Shown here: positions 38,618 to 52,237 of the stretch, in pieces
How positions within the stretch are numbered: position 1 is the stretch's first letter
How the letters are laid out: each line of letters starts with the position of its first letter
Notes under the pieces: generated by a model
What the model saw: only the letters and a program-made list of their open reading frames with translations
Told to the model about the DNA's origin: nothing
Databases searched by the model: none
Translations under genes and position numbers: made by a program
Source: Octopus vulgaris
Taxonomy: Eukaryota
Direction of reading: 5' to 3'
Length of the DNA: 64,000 nucleotides
NCBI GenBank assembly: GCA_951406725.2
Contig: OX597820.1
Span: forward strand, 105,400,001 to 105,464,000

Positions 38618-39325
38618 ATGGAGTTTCTGGGACATACACAGAAAGCTAGGTATATGTTTGGCTCTGGTAAAAATTCCACTGGCACCGGCACCCTGCCAAC
38701 AATTACTCGTCAGAATTCAACCTTAAGGGTGCAGGATTTCTATCCTAATCCACGATATTTTCAGCGTTCCTTAACACAAATTCCCTGGCAACGACAGCAG
38801 AATGCAAACAGCCTACCTCAGAGAGCTGAAAGCCCACTGTCTATGAATAAGAAGGCAATGTTTTCTTTTGGAAATACCAACTTGAACTCCTTCAAACCTG
38901 CTCCTGTCCATCAATCACACCCCGTATCTCTCTATACCAGTTACACCCCAAATGAATGGGAACGCTTTAACCAAAGTAATTATTTTACATCTGATTATCT
39001 TCGAAGTGGTGCAGAAAAACTGAGGCTTGATACTGCGAGAATGTGTAAGGAAGCTGATGAGAAAACACAACGTACTCAGTCAAATAGTGGTAAAAGATTA
39101 GGAGAACGCATCTCTGACATAGTCTTCTGGAAAAACGAGCTTCATCATGAAATTAACAACATCATTTCTGCTACATCAGAACTGAAAAATGCAAAGCGAA
39201 TGCTTGAAAAAACTCTGGCAGAAACGGAAAACCCACTGAATTTGGTGCGAGAATGTCTTCACAACAGAGCTCAGAAACGTGGCATTGAAATGGTCCATGA
39301 TGATCCTGAAAAGAATTTGGTCAAA
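38618..39325 (+). CDS. TEKT3: Tektin-3/5-like, coding exon 1 (236 aa)
   Basis: MEFLGHTQKARY..YTPNEW..EKLRLDT..LGERISDIVFWKNEL..ETENPLNLVRECLHNR..GIEMVHD. Acceptor AG at 38604-05 precedes the ATG; donor GTAAGT at 39326, phase 0. Confidence 0.93.
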
Positions 39326-40029
39326 GTAAGTAATCTTCTGGAATATTTATAATGTCAAATTATTGCAGGCACAGGCATAGCTTCCTTCCTGACAAGGTGC
39401 CACACAGTGGCATCTTGAGCAAGTGTCTCCTATTATAGTCCTAGGCTGACCAAAACCTTGTGAGGGGATTTAGTAAATGAAAATTGAAAGAAGCCCTTTG
39501 TATATCACCATCATCGTTTGATGTTCACTTTCCATGCTGGCATGGGTTGGATGGTTTGACTGAAAATTGGTAAGTTGAGGGGCTGCATCAGGTTTCAATC
39601 TGATTTGGCAAGGTTTATTCGACTAGATGCCCTTCCTAATGCCAACCACTCTGAGAGTAGTGGGTTCTTTTTACGTGCCACTGAAACAGGTGCCATTAAC
39701 CTGACACTGGCATTAGCCACAACTATGGTCTCATTTGGCTTGACAGGTCAACACAAGAATGGTGTATCACCAAGGGTTTCAGTCACCTGCCTCCATGAGG
39801 CCCAATGCTCAAATGGTGCTTTTCACATGTCACTGGCATGGGTGCCAGTCAGACAGCGCTGGTATTGCCCATGACTATGATTTCACTTGGTTCAACAGGT
39901 CTTCACATGCACAGAATATCACCTAATGATTAAAGAGTGCTTTTAACGGCCAGTTACATGACACTAGCTTTGGCCACGACTACAATCTCACTTGGCTTGA
40001 TGTCACTGCTTCCATGAGACCCAATGCAC

Positions 40030-41375
40030 AAATGGTGCTTTTTACGTGCATGGCATAACTCCAAAGGTCTCAGTCGCTTGTCATTGCCTCTGTGAGGCTC
40101 AACATTTGAAGATCGTGCTTCACCACCCTTAGAGTGCAACACTTCTTCACACAGCTGTCCTCTTCCATATGCATTACATGATTATACCAGCGCAGTCATC
40201 TCTCTTGCACACCCCATCTGATGCTTCTTATATCCAACTTTTCTCTCAAGATGCTTACATTCTGTCATGCATGCACACTGACATTACACATCCAGCAGAG
40301 CATATTAGCTTCATTTCTGACAAGCCTATGCATGTCCTCAGCAGTCACAGCCTATGTTTCACTGCCATGTAGCTGGCTGTTTGCACACAGGCATCATACA
40401 GTCTGTCTTTCACTCTGAGCAAGAGGCTCATTTTTACCAACAGAGGTAGGAGCTCTTTGAACTTTGCTCAGCCTATTCTTATTCTAGTAGCTATGCTCTC
40501 AGAGCATCCACCCCCTTCTACAGACTTGGTCACCTAGGTAACAGAAGCTATCGACTACTTCTATTTTTTTGTTCCCGCTGGCATATGATGGAATCTATTT
40601 TCTGTATGTTTTTGGTGTTTATTGTACTTGTGCATCTTCCACACACTAAAACTATCTTTCCTATTAATCTTCCTCTGATATCGCTGCACCTCTTATGTGT
40701 CCATAGCTTACACCAGGTACATTTTATAGAGTTTCTACCTACACCTTTTCTACAGATTGAGCAGGGCAATCTATCTGAAAGGATTTGTGATTTGTCTGCC
40801 TTCCTGCTTACTAAAACTTTGGTTTTTTTCTAAGTTAACTCTAATGCCCTTTGATTCTAGACCTTGCGTCCATACCTGTAACTTTTTCTCTCGTTCTGGT
40901 AGTGATTCAGCTATAAGACCAAGGTCATCAACATAGAAGAGCCCCCAGGAACAGCCTGTCTTGAATTCCTTTGTTATCACCTGAAAGACTATGATGAACA
41001 AGAGGGGGCTGAGGATTGGTCGTTGGTGAACCCCTACTTGTACCCTGAATTCTTTGCTATACTCATTGCCAACCCTCACCTTACTGACAGCATCCCTGTA
41101 CATGGCTTGTACAGCTCTCACCAACCACTCATGTATCCCTAGATCCAGATAAGGGATCAGGGGGACCCTTTCAAAGGCTTTCTCCATGTCAACAAAAGCC
41201 AAGCACAGAGTTTATCTTTAGCTAGGTATTTCTCCTGCAGCTGTCTTACCAGAAATATAGCATTGGTGGTGCTTGTCCCTGGCACAAACCCAAACTGCAT
41301 CTCATCTAAACTAACTCTCTCCCTAATTAGTTGGCTATGACCCTCTCCGCAACTTTCATCACTTGATCCAACTGT
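40030..41375 (-). mobile_element. RTE-like LINE fragment (RT and 3' region), degenerate, in tektin intron 1
   Basis: AFVDMEKAFERVP..GVHQRPILSPLLF..LFYVDDL, followed by the PHD-like CSICRKGVGRNSIKCTWCKLWTHKRC. Confidence 0.85.
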
Positions 41376-41912
41376 TCATTTATTTATATGTGATTGTGTG
41401 TATCCCTTGTCTTGACATGTGATGCTTATAAATGAGCATCACTACCATGCAAGCAATATAGTTTGTTTTCCGTTGTCAATGAAAACCATGTCTGGCCAAA
41501 GGAAATATTACCTTACCTGGAAACAGATGAGAGGGTTGGCAGCAGGAAGGATATTTGGCTGTAGAAAATTTGCTTCAACAAATTCTGTCAGACCCCTGCA
41601 AGCATGGTAAATGGGTGTTAAATGATAATGATGATTTTGATTATGACATTTGTGTTGAATCTTTGGCCATGACATTCCTTGTTCTGTTTAAATATGGTCA
41701 AATATTTAACTCTTGCTAGCTCAGCTCACCTAGATATAAATAATTGCCATGGACAAATATAAAGCTCATTGTACAGAAACCAAAATATGAATTGCTAATC
41801 TTAAAAATGAATAAATAATGCTCATTAAAATATTTTTATACTGACTAACTGTTTAATAAAATGGCAGATAAAATAACATTTGTTTCTTTTTTTGTTGTTA
41901 CTGATATAACAG

Positions 41913-41983
41913 GAGGTGGAAACCATGAAAATATGTCAGGACAAACTGCAAGGGATGATAGAAAAGGTAACAATACAATTAAG
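41913..41983 (+). CDS. TEKT3: Tektin-3/5-like, coding exon 2 (71 nt; not in ORF track)
   Basis: aacag|GAG..; EVETMKICQDKLQGMIEKVTIQL, then AG|gttagt. Fills the expected EVDTILCCQERM..QL segment; phase 0 to 2. Confidence 0.88.
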
Positions 41984-44263
41984 GTTAGTAAATTTATTAA
42001 TGGGAATTGATCTTGTTTTGATTCCATGACAAAAAGCAAAAGAAAAGGTTTAAGAATTTCTGCAAGTGGATTAGGGGAACTGGCTTTTAAAAGCTGATAT
42101 TTAACTTCAGTTTTATGGCAAGAAGTCAGATGATGAGAAACAAATTTTCTATTGGCAGAATGCCAATGGTCTCTGATAATGTTGCACCTATTCTTGAGAG
42201 CAAGTGAATTAAAGTAGCTTGCATCACATTTGAACTCTCAGTGTCTGAGCAAGTTATCTAACATCTTAGCTACAGTGCAAGTTATCTAACACCTTATCTC
42301 CAGTGGTTTCTGTGTAGATGTCAAAAGGTTATGGAATGGGACAACAAAAATTCAGCTCTCATATGTTTATTGTTGCAAAAACCAATGTAGTTCAGAACTG
42401 GTTGAAAGGATCCTTGTGATGATGATGAGGATACTACCAACCTCTGACGAACTAATTGTAGAGACTTTCTTGTTAACAACTAAACATTTTCTTTGATCTC
42501 TCCCCATCTCCAGTTAAAAAAAAAAAAGCTTGAACTTTGTATTATTGGGAGAAGGAAAGAGAATTGGTCAGTGTTATAAGCACATCTCTTACATTGCAGA
42601 CCACCTTTTATTGATGTGGAAGCAGATGTAGAAGATGAAGTTACTGTAGTTGCTTGCTGTTCTTGTTATTATGGACAATAGAGTAGCTGAATCATTAGAC
42701 ACCAGGACTAATTGGCTATCAGAATTTTGTTATACTGCTCTAATTTCTAAGTTCAATTCTACCAGGATCAACAATGCTTTCAATATTGCTAGACTCAATA
42801 AAATAAGTAATGGTAGTATAAGTTAATCTTGTGTTAATTTTGAGGTTTTCAACGGCTCACTGAATTATAGTGTAAGTTATGGCTGTGTGCTTTAAGAAGT
42901 TTACTTTCCAATTATATGTGCTCAGGTTCAATCCCACTTCATGGCATTTTGAATAAGTGTTTTCTGCTAGAGCTATGGACCAGGTGAAAGCCTAGTGAGT
43001 GGATTTGGTGGATGGAAACTGACAGAAACCCATCATATGGTGTGTATGTGTGTGCATGCATATATGAGCATGTTTCTGTCTCCTTGTCTTGATATCTTGC
43101 AACAGTTATAAGCAAGTTTCACCATCTGTGGCTTTTGTTTCCAATCTGCTCTAAAAACAAGTCTAGGGAAATATTATATTGCAAACTTTTTAACTACTCA
43201 CCTCTGTTTACTATGAATAATATGCTTGTGCTAACTAGCATATTATTTGTAGTACAGATATTGCTTTGTGGTTAAGAAGTTTGCTTCCTAATCACTGCAT
43301 GGTACTTTGGACAAGTTTTTTTCTAAAATCCTGGGCTGATCAAAGCCTTGCAAGTGGATTTACTTGATAGAAACTGAAAAAATCCCATTGTATATGTGTG
43401 TGTATGTCTATTTCCTTCCTTGTCTGGATATTCCATGATGGTTGTAAATGAATGTCAGTCATAACAAGTGAAGACATATCTAGCTATGGGGAAATATATT
43501 GACTGACTTGAAACTGGGTGATAAGCATTTGACCAAAGAGAATCTGCTTCAATGAATTCTGCCTGATCTATGAGAGCATAGAAAAGTGGATGTTAAAACG
43601 GTGATGATGGTGCTAACTTAACTATAACCTTTATTCACATACGTGGCTTGGCTTTGTACGAATGTAAGAACTTATTAATATTACTGTTCTTGTACATGCC
43701 CACTTCCTTGGCTACACATCAGGCCCATGAAACACTTTTCAAGAAACAGGGTCTTCTTTTTACTTTACTCATCAATGAACTACACATCATGTGATATCAT
43801 GTTGTTCTTGTTCTAGTGAGTGCTTATCTTTGTTTCCGCAAACATACACAGCTAACAGATTAAACAATGATATTGGCATACTAAAAAATGAGTCTTCACA
43901 TTTTTCTTATTTCATACATTTTCAGCTTTTCAAAGCTGAAAATTAATCAAGTTTATTTTAGAATTCCTTGTAATTATTATGCTAATCTTTTGGGTTTACC
44001 TTGTTTAGCTGGCTACATAAAACTTGAAGTCACTCACTTTCATTTCCTCCAAACATTTTATTTTACCCCTTCTCGTAATGTCTTCTCACCCATTCCTCTC
44101 ATTTAGTTGCATAGTCTGTCCATTTCCTTCCCTGTCTATATCTCTTTCTTTTCTATCTGACTTTATATCTCTCCTTTCTTAATCAGATTATGCATTGCAA
44201 TGAATAACATTTTCCTAAAATACTGAATCTGACTCTTATTTACCCATTTCCTTTTTATTTGAT

Positions 44264-44391
<128 letters not shown>

Positions 44392-44406
44392 CCTTTGTCA
44401 TTTCAG

Positions 44407-44550
44407 TCGAAACACTGCAGCTCAACTTGAACTTCAGAAGGACAGTGGAAATAAAGTTGTCGCACAAAACCTTGATGAAAATGCTTTCCACCTTCGTAAC
44501 CTGTCAACTGACATATCATATCAAAGCGGTGTTGAAAAGATTGACACCAC
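44407..44550 (+). CDS. TEKT3: Tektin-3/5-like, coding exon 3 (144 nt)
   Basis: tttcag|T; RNTAAQLELQKDSGNKVVAQNLDENAFHLRNLSTDISYQSGVEKIDT, then AC|gtaagt; phase 2 to 2. Confidence 0.9.
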
Positions 44551-44626
44551 GTAAGTGATAAAATGAAAGAAATAATAATAAATAAATAATATGATGTAGT
44601 TTTGGTGAAACATTGTGTGGTATAAC

Positions 44627-45212
44627 TTTAAAGAATGTTGTTGTTTAAGGCCAGAACAATGTGAGAAGGTACAAAATAAACTACAACAGGAAAAGAAAAG
44701 AAAACAAAGTTGCAGTTTTACCTTGTTTTTCTATATTTCGTGGTCATCATCATCATCATTGTCGTTTAACATCTGCTTTCCATGCTAGCATGGGTTGGAC
44801 GATTTCACTGAGGTCTGGTGAACCAGATGGCTGCACCAGACTCCAGTCTGATCTGGCAGAGTTTCTACAGCTGGATGCCCTTCCTAATGCCAACCACTCT
44901 GAGAGTGTAGTGGGTGCTTTTACGTGCCACTGGCACGAGGGCCAGTCAGGCGGTACTGGCAACGGCCATGCTCAAATGGTGTTTTTTATGTGCCCAGGAC
45001 ATTTGGTAAAAGTGGTAGTTGGAAAAAGTTGTTGCTCACACATCTGAGCAACGACTTTTTCCAACTACTGCTTTTACCAAATATCCTGAAAAAAGGGTCT
45101 TCACCGCGAAATATAGAAAATCAAGGTAAAACAGCAACTTTGTTCTTTCCTGTTGTAGTTTATTTTGTACCTTCTCACATTGTTCTAGCCTTACACAACA
45201 AACTTCTTTAAA
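44627..45212. repeat. Long palindrome (left arm interrupted by a family-C SINE) with a decayed HHR-like motif
   Basis: Arms meet at gctcacacatctgagc (about 45033-45049). ctgaaaaaagggtcttcaccgcgaaatatagaaaa at 45086-45120. Confidence 0.8.
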
Positions 45213-45669
45213 TAATAATAATAATGATGATAATACTTTCAAATTTTGGTGCAAGGTAGCAAATTTGGTGGAGGGGGTCACGTCGATTATATTAACCCTA
45301 GTATTCAACTGGTACTTATTTTATTGACCCCAGAAGGATGAAAGGCAAAGTTGACCTCAGAGGCATTTGAACTCAATGTAAAGATAAACAAAATGCTACC
45401 AAGCATTTTGCCTGGCATGCTAATGACTCTGCCAGCTCACTACCTAATAATAATGGTTCCTTCTAATTTTGAAGGAAGGGGCAACAACCCCACTACTTAG
45501 CTGTTACTTTATTTTGTCAACCCTGAAAAGATGAAAGGTAAAGTTGACCTTGATAGTATTTGAACTCTAAACATAAAGAGCCAGCAGAAATAATGCAAGG
45601 CATTTTGTCTGATGCATTAACAATTCTGCTGGCTTACTGCCTTAATAATAATAATAACTTAGATATGTT

Positions 45670-45960
45670 TCAATCAAAATTGTCCCAAGCCATGTTTAAC
45701 TTAATAGTACCACCTGATAGGTTCTGTTCAGTCATATTAAAATCAAGTTTTGTGGTATCCTAGCCCATTCAAGTAGGAAACAGTTGATTGAAATGTATCC
45801 AGGTATAGGTGGTTTGTCTGTATTCCTTGAAGAAATTTGTCCAGATAGCATTTGAAGATTATGGGATCTTTTTCTTTGATTTGTTTTGGTATAATACTTC
45901 GTATAGCAGAACTGGTAAAGTAATTGTGTGGGTAGTCTAATTTCTGTAGAGGGCATATGA
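45670..45960 (-). mobile_element. CR1/L2-like LINE 3' fragment; inverted sister fragment at about 46720-47000
   Basis: IIPKQIKEKDPIIFKCYLDKFLQGI..DKPPIPGY, with a 3' UTR shared with the + strand copy. Confidence 0.6.
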
Positions 45961-47198
45961 CATAGGGTCCCTTTCTTGGATGATTGCTTTTAGTTATGTA
46001 TGCATGTACCCAGCCACTCACTTCTTTATTGAGTTTTCCTGGTGATAATAGGAGTTCAGGACCAGTTGTCTGGAAAGTTCTTTGTGTTGATAACCTAGCT
46101 CTCATAGCTGAATTACATAAAAAGAATTGTAAAAAACAATTTTCTAATTATGAAAGGTAGTCTAACTTAGGTAAAACTTTTGTTTTACTTAACAAGGAAG
46201 AATGCAAAACTATATTGTCATCTGGTATGCAGTCATTATTAATTTGCTGAAAAGAAGTTAATAGGAGTTCTATAGTGTGTATATAATATAAACTATATGT
46301 GCTCAGTGGATGCAGTGGCATCATAAACAGCTTGACAGAAAAGGGCTTTGTATATTGCAAATGCACAGAAATAGCAATTAAAAATAGACATGATGTGAAT
46401 TCTTTTAACTGCCCAGAAGTCTCAGTAAAGATAGTTTACAGCTACTGTTACTTAGGTAACCTAATCATCAGTAGAAGCAAGTAGTGTGGAAGTATAGAAG
46501 CTTGAGTCTGAGGTGGGAAAAAAACTGAAGGGAACTATTACCTCAGTTTCCAGCAGGGATTCTCTTTCTGAATGAAGAGCAGATTGTATTATGTCAACCA
46601 CTTGGGTAAGTTTGTCTCCACTGAAAGCTTGCCTGTAAAAGTTGACAACATACCTCTGGTAGAAAGCTTGTTTCTATTTTTATTTTTTTGTACCAGTATT
46701 TAACAGTTTCTGCACAAATCAGGCTCATTACACATAACGCATCGCAACACAATTACTTTTGCTAACCCTATTATCCCAAAAGTGAATAAAAGAAGAAAAA
46801 ACATCCCCATTACTTCCAAACATTATCTGAACAAGTTTCTTCCTGAGATACCAGACAAATCACTTATACCTGGATACATCTCTATTAAAAACAGCTCACT
46901 ATTTAAACCGGTTATGATACCACAGAATTTGACATAAATATGACTTAACAGATTCTATCCGGTGGTGCTGTTAAACTAGACATGGCCTGAGCCAATTTAT
47001 ATATATGCATATGAATATGCTAATAGGTGTATGTGTGTGTGTGTGCTTACATACCTTTACTCAGAAACATACACCCATTCATGAATATAGCATGAATATA
47101 TATATGCAGCTAGAAAAATGTATAGCATTACAAATAATGACAACTTGTATATTGCCATAAAGCAACATGTCATCAGATGTATCTCTGTGATTTGGCAG

Positions 47199-47421
47199 GA
47201 TAACAGTGCCAGAAACATGGTGTATGTTTACCAATAATAACATCAAGCAATGTCAAGCAGAGCGTGCCTCTTCTAAACATCTGTGCAGTGAAATCAACAC
47301 GTTGCTTCAAATATGCTGCAGTGATATGTGGCAACAGTGGAATATGACAAATCAAGCTTTGACAGACCGAATTAAAGAATTGGCAACAGCTAAGAATAGA
47401 CTGCAAACACATTTATCAAAG
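47199..47421 (+). CDS. TEKT3: Tektin-3/5-like, coding exon 4 (223 nt)
   Basis: ggcag|G; ITVPETWCMFTNNNIKQCQAERASSKHL..MWQQWNMTNQALTDRIKELATAKNRLQTHLSK|gtaagt; phase 2 to 0. Confidence 0.93.
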
Positions 47422-48028
47422 GTAAGTCATTGAAGTTGTAGTTGTGGTTGTTGCTTAGGTTAAGGTCAACCTTGATCAGCAAACCTAGTGATCAAATATA
47501 ATCCAACTGTGACCATTCCATTTATTTTCAGATAGTCATAGAGGACTACATGACATCTATTGATGGTGTGAGGCCTAGTGATTGGGTAACTGAGGCCTCA
47601 ATCATAAGTTCATGGATTCATCTCCTAGCCTGGCAGCCACACTGTCCTTATGCACAGCACTTTATTTCATGTTGCTCCATTCCACTCAGTTGATTGAAAT
47701 AAATATTAAGACTGATGGAGTGTTTGGTCAGTGTCAAGTTTATAGAGCAAGAAAAAGAGTGTGTTCAGCATGGGCTGCTGTATTCTGCTTTAACCCTTCA
47801 ATATCTAGGGCTACATTATCTAATGTGTCCTTTTTTTAAATGATGAAATCAGTAAGATTTAATCTCTATAACTAGAACTTTTGTAGTTACTATCTAGAAT
47901 AATACCTACAGAAAAGGTTTGTAGGTATGCGGTACTTTGTTATGCAAACACAATATACTATGAAGTATACTAAATGTTGTTTTTTCATAAGTCAATACCA
48001 TGCCCTACTGTGTCAGCAGTGCTTGTTA

Positions 48029-48260
48029 CATTACTTTTTTAAGGTTGTTTCTACAGATATTCTATAGAAACTACAGCCACTCTGATTTTTGTTATAATGT
48101 TTTGTATCGAGACGTCAGATGTAAACAAGTAATGAGATCGGAGACAAAAGTAGGTAATGAGTGTATTTGCCATACAATGTCTTGATATGAAATGTAGCAA
48201 AAATCAGCGCTGGTTATAGTTTCTATAGAATATCTGTAGAAACAACCTTAAAAACTAATG
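48029..48260. mobile_element. Hairpin/MITE-like element
   Basis: Inverted arms of about 80 bp: ttttaaggttgtttctacagatattctatagaaacta / tagtttctatagaatatctgtagaaacaaccttaaaa. Confidence 0.7.
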
Positions 48261-49116
48261 CCTACATCGTCTACATTATATTAGAACTAGATACTAGAAC
48301 TTTTGAATTTGATTTAAAATGGTTAGTTTGAGGCTCATGTGAAACCACCCAACTTCTGTCTGTGTCATTTCGAAAGCCTGATTGAAACATAAACAAATTT
48401 CTACTGAATTAAATTGTAGTAACTCATGATTGCAATTTTAAAGTTATCACAGTTAAAGAAAATTATTTTTAGTGTGTCGAGCGACCAGATAGAGGCTCTT
48501 TCATTGGTTCGATTGCGTGGTGAGATTTTTTTTACACATATATGTAATATGTATATATCATTGACAGAAGTTAGAGATTTTACTCAAAAGCTGAGAGTTT
48601 TGTGTATTGGCACTTATTAAACATGAATTTGTCCATTATCACTCTGCAACTTCTGACGAAATAACTTCTAAAATATAAAATTTTGTCAAAAATGTTAAGA
48701 GTAAAGCCTGTTCTATGTGACACATTCTACTAATATCAGAAGTTTGAAAGTGTTTAGTTAAAAAAAAATTAATTAAATAATCTGTACGTCTAATTGAATA
48801 GATCCGATATGGACGAAAGGCAAAGTCGACCTCAGCGGAATTTGAACTCAGAATGTAAAGACAGACAAAATATCGTTTCTGAAATACAAAATTTTGTCAA
48901 AAATGTTAAGAATAAACCCTGTTTTATGTGACATATTCTACCAGTATCGGAAGTTTGAAACTGTTTAGTTAAAAAAAGTTAAATAATCTATATGTCAAAG
49001 TTAACCTCGGTGAAATTTGAACTAAAAAACGTAAAGACAGAGGAAATTCCGTTAAGCATTTCACCTAGCGCGCTACCGTTTCTGCCAGCTTGCTGCCTTA
49101 GAAAGTAAACATTATA

Positions 49117-49506
49117 GGTACAGGAGTAGCTGTGTGGTAAGTAGCTTGCTTACCAACCACATGGTTCCGGGTTCAGTTCAACTGTGTGGCACCTTGGGCA
49201 AGTGTCTTCTACTATAGCCTCGGGCTGACCAAAGCCTTGTGAGTGAATTTGGTAGACAGAAACTGAAAGAAGCCTGTCATATGTGTATGCATGTGTGTTT
49301 GTGTGTCAGTGTTTGTCCCTCACCATCGCTTGACAACCGACGGCGGTATGTCTACGTCCCTGTAATATAGCGGTTCGGCAAAAGAAATCAATAGAATAAG
49401 TACTAGGCTTAGAAAGAATAAGTCCTAGGGTCAGTTTGTTCGACTAAACTCGGTGCTCCAGCATGGCTGCAGTCAAATGACTGAAACAGATAAAAGAATA
49501 AAAGAA
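49117..49506 (+). mobile_element. Full-length family-B tRNA-derived SINE
   Basis: gctgtgtggtaagtagcttgc..ggttcagtt head, ccttgggcaagtgtctt core, internal microsatellite, tail ending gactgaaaca..taaaagaat. Confidence 0.85.
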
Positions 49507-49924
49507 TTGATTTTAGAAATATATTCTTTATTCTTGTAGCTGAAGCATTACTCCCTTACTCTCTGACATGAAATTTCATAACATTTTACTTCATAACTCT
49601 TCTACTAAAATTTGTTCAATGCAATGAGTGATTCTGAATTCCTCATGCATTCTTCTATCATTTAAGCCTAAGAAAGGTATACTTTTAATTTAAAAGTTTA
49701 TGTTAATTGAAGATGAATAGGTGCCTTACTGCCCTCCTTGAGGTCGCAGATATTTTGATGTAACGTTTTTTTTTACTGAACCAAATCTCAAACTCTTTAT
49801 GCCAAAGTTAACAGTTTGCAATTTAGTTGAGAACTGAATTAGTGGTGAAGATTGGAAGCCGCTGCGATTGATGAAATGGTGGACTTCAGAATATATTTCA
49901 ACCACTACCGTGGTTGAATGATAT

Positions 49925-50866
49925 TGTTACGCCGCATGCAAAGGCCTTCCGATGCCACCACGGGCCCTCACACTGGGAACAGCCCGTGTGCGACGGCGGC
50001 GCTCAGCAAACTGGAAATCCACAATGGGAAGGGGGGGGGAAGGCAGCAAACGCAGCCAAGAACAACAACAACAAAAGAAAGAGACACTCACAGCGGAGTT
50101 GCGTAATTCAAAGCAATTTTTTTTTAACAAAAGCATTCAACAACAAAGGTTAACAAACATTTAACAGAGTTCGATTCTTCAAAACAAATCATTTAACATT
50201 TAACACAATACAGGGTTCTTTTCCCTTCTTTTAACACAATTAACAGTTCTCTTTTCTTTCTTTTCTTTTCAACAGTCTTTCTCTTTTTTTTTAAACATTT
50301 ACAAGTTCTTTTTTTTTTTTCCTTTTCTTTTCTACAGTTTACGTCAGTCTTGCTTTTCTTTCTTGAAACATTCAACACATTTAACACATCAAAGTTCAAA
50401 ACATACAGAAAAACAACATTTACCAGAAGATTTTTTTCTTAATTTCACTTCTGCAACATTTTCTGAACTTCACATCTCCTACTACACAACTTGCCCGGTC
50501 GCTCAATTGTCATCTCTCTCACTGACCATCTCTCGTCCCCGTCATCTCCCTTGTCCGGTCTTCCACTCACTGACTTGGCAACTCAGTGCTACCTGTATAT
50601 ATAACGGCGATTGCCCACCAGAAAGAGAGACATACCATAAGTCAACAGCGTGTAACTCTCTTCCCAACACTGTCTTTTTTTTTAACTTTCCGTGACTGTA
50701 TGGGGCCAGAGATCAAGTGCCTACGGCCATTAATAACCGTGCTCCTTGACAGGACAAAGGAAATACCACTGTCCTGAACAACTGGAGCACCAGTTCGATT
50801 CCAACTAATGGAACAAGGGGCATAATGTTTTTTTGTTCGTCTACATTTTCCTTGGCGTTCGTAACA
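49925..50866. mobile_element. Solo LTR (942 bp) in tektin intron 4
   Basis: TGTTACG...CGTAACA perfect 7-bp inverted termini; 4-bp TSD atat (49921-24 and 50867-70). Confidence 0.8.
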
Positions 50867-52082
50867 ATATATATATCCTTATCAGCCATTGCTGGCATGG
50901 TATCAGAAAATAAACTAAGGGACATAAATAACTAAGTAGTGATTGTTGTCCAGTTGGTATAATACCAATTTCCTCAGCTTACCTAGTAACTGGAGGTCTG
51001 TATCAGTTTCTGTTAGTTACCAGGGTGTTGCAAATGGTATATCAGTCTTTTATTAAATCATCAGTTAATTTATTCTATAAATTCTTAAAGGTACCGATTT
51101 ATATTTGGAGTTTTATAATGGAACAAAATCAGAACAGGATACAAACTTTCTTAGAAGTATATTTAATTAACCATGTGGTGGTGATAGGAAGTGAACTTAA
51201 TTCAAGTAGGCTTTGAACTTAGAACCTAAAAAGATAGAAACTAAATACTGTTAGGTGTTTAACTCAGCCCAATACTCCACATGTGCTATGCTGTTATTAG
51301 CCCAGTAGTCATTGTTATTACCAAGCACCAGACAGTTAACTCTTTTCCTACCATATTTCTATTGAAATACACTACCTTTGTTTAAATTAATTTTGAAAAT
51401 ATTGAAGAATTTACTCAAATAACCATGTCATTATTAAATAGGTGCTTGGCCTGTAAATTAACACAAAATTTTGATTGGAAATTTTAAATTAAATCACTTT
51501 TGAACAAGAAATTTGAATTATTGAATCAAAGCTGGTTTCAGGCAAGTTTGTATCAAAGGAGCTAAACGAGCCAATGAAGAATACTCTACATGACTTTTGA
51601 ACCACTAAAAATATCAGCCAAATCTACCTTAGATTACACCCTGCTATTTTATTTAAGGAATGACATGTGGGATAATGTAAAACCTACAGACATTATATTT
51701 GAATAAATTAAGATGATCACAGTTGGAATGCATTTGATCATAGGTCTGCTTGAACTGAGCTGACCTGGCACCAAACAGCAATAACATGACCTGTACAGCA
51801 ACTGGCTGAAACTTATCTAAAGTATATTGACATAAGCAGAGTTTGAATACTGAAAATAAAAGGGCAGAGATAAACACTATAAAGCATTTATCCCAGCCCT
51901 TTTGTTGTATCCCATTTATCCCAGTCATACCTTTTGTTGTATTCACTACATTGATATTGAAAAAATAAGCAGGTTCTGAAACTTATTACATAATTTTTTC
52001 CATAAGATACAATATTAAAACAAGCTTTAACTAGAAATAATGATGATATTATTATATCTATGTTTATTTCAACTGACTGCAG

Positions 52083-52237
52083 GTTCTACAAGAAATATTT
52101 GACATGAATAAAAGCATTGAATATCTAAAGAAATCTATTCAAAGTAAACAAGCACCATTACAAGTTGCCCAGACACGGCTTGGTACTCGACTGTTACGAC
52201 CAAATATGGAGTCTTGTTGTGATCCAGCATATGTTTG
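52083..52237 (+). CDS. TEKT3: Tektin-3/5-like, coding exon 5 (155 nt; not in ORF track in this frame)
   Basis: ctgcag|GTT; VLQEIFDMNKSIEYLKKSIQSKQAPLQVAQTRLGTRLLRPNMESCCDPAYV, then TG|gtaagg. Contains the tektin nonapeptide position; phase 0 to 2. Confidence 0.92.

Noticed and set aside
39326-39352. ORF-track C-terminus VSNLLEYL of 38618..39352, and the N-termini of the 47206 and 57859 ORFs
   Set aside because: Artefacts of ORF calling across splice sites; GT-AG boundaries and tektin homology define the true exons.
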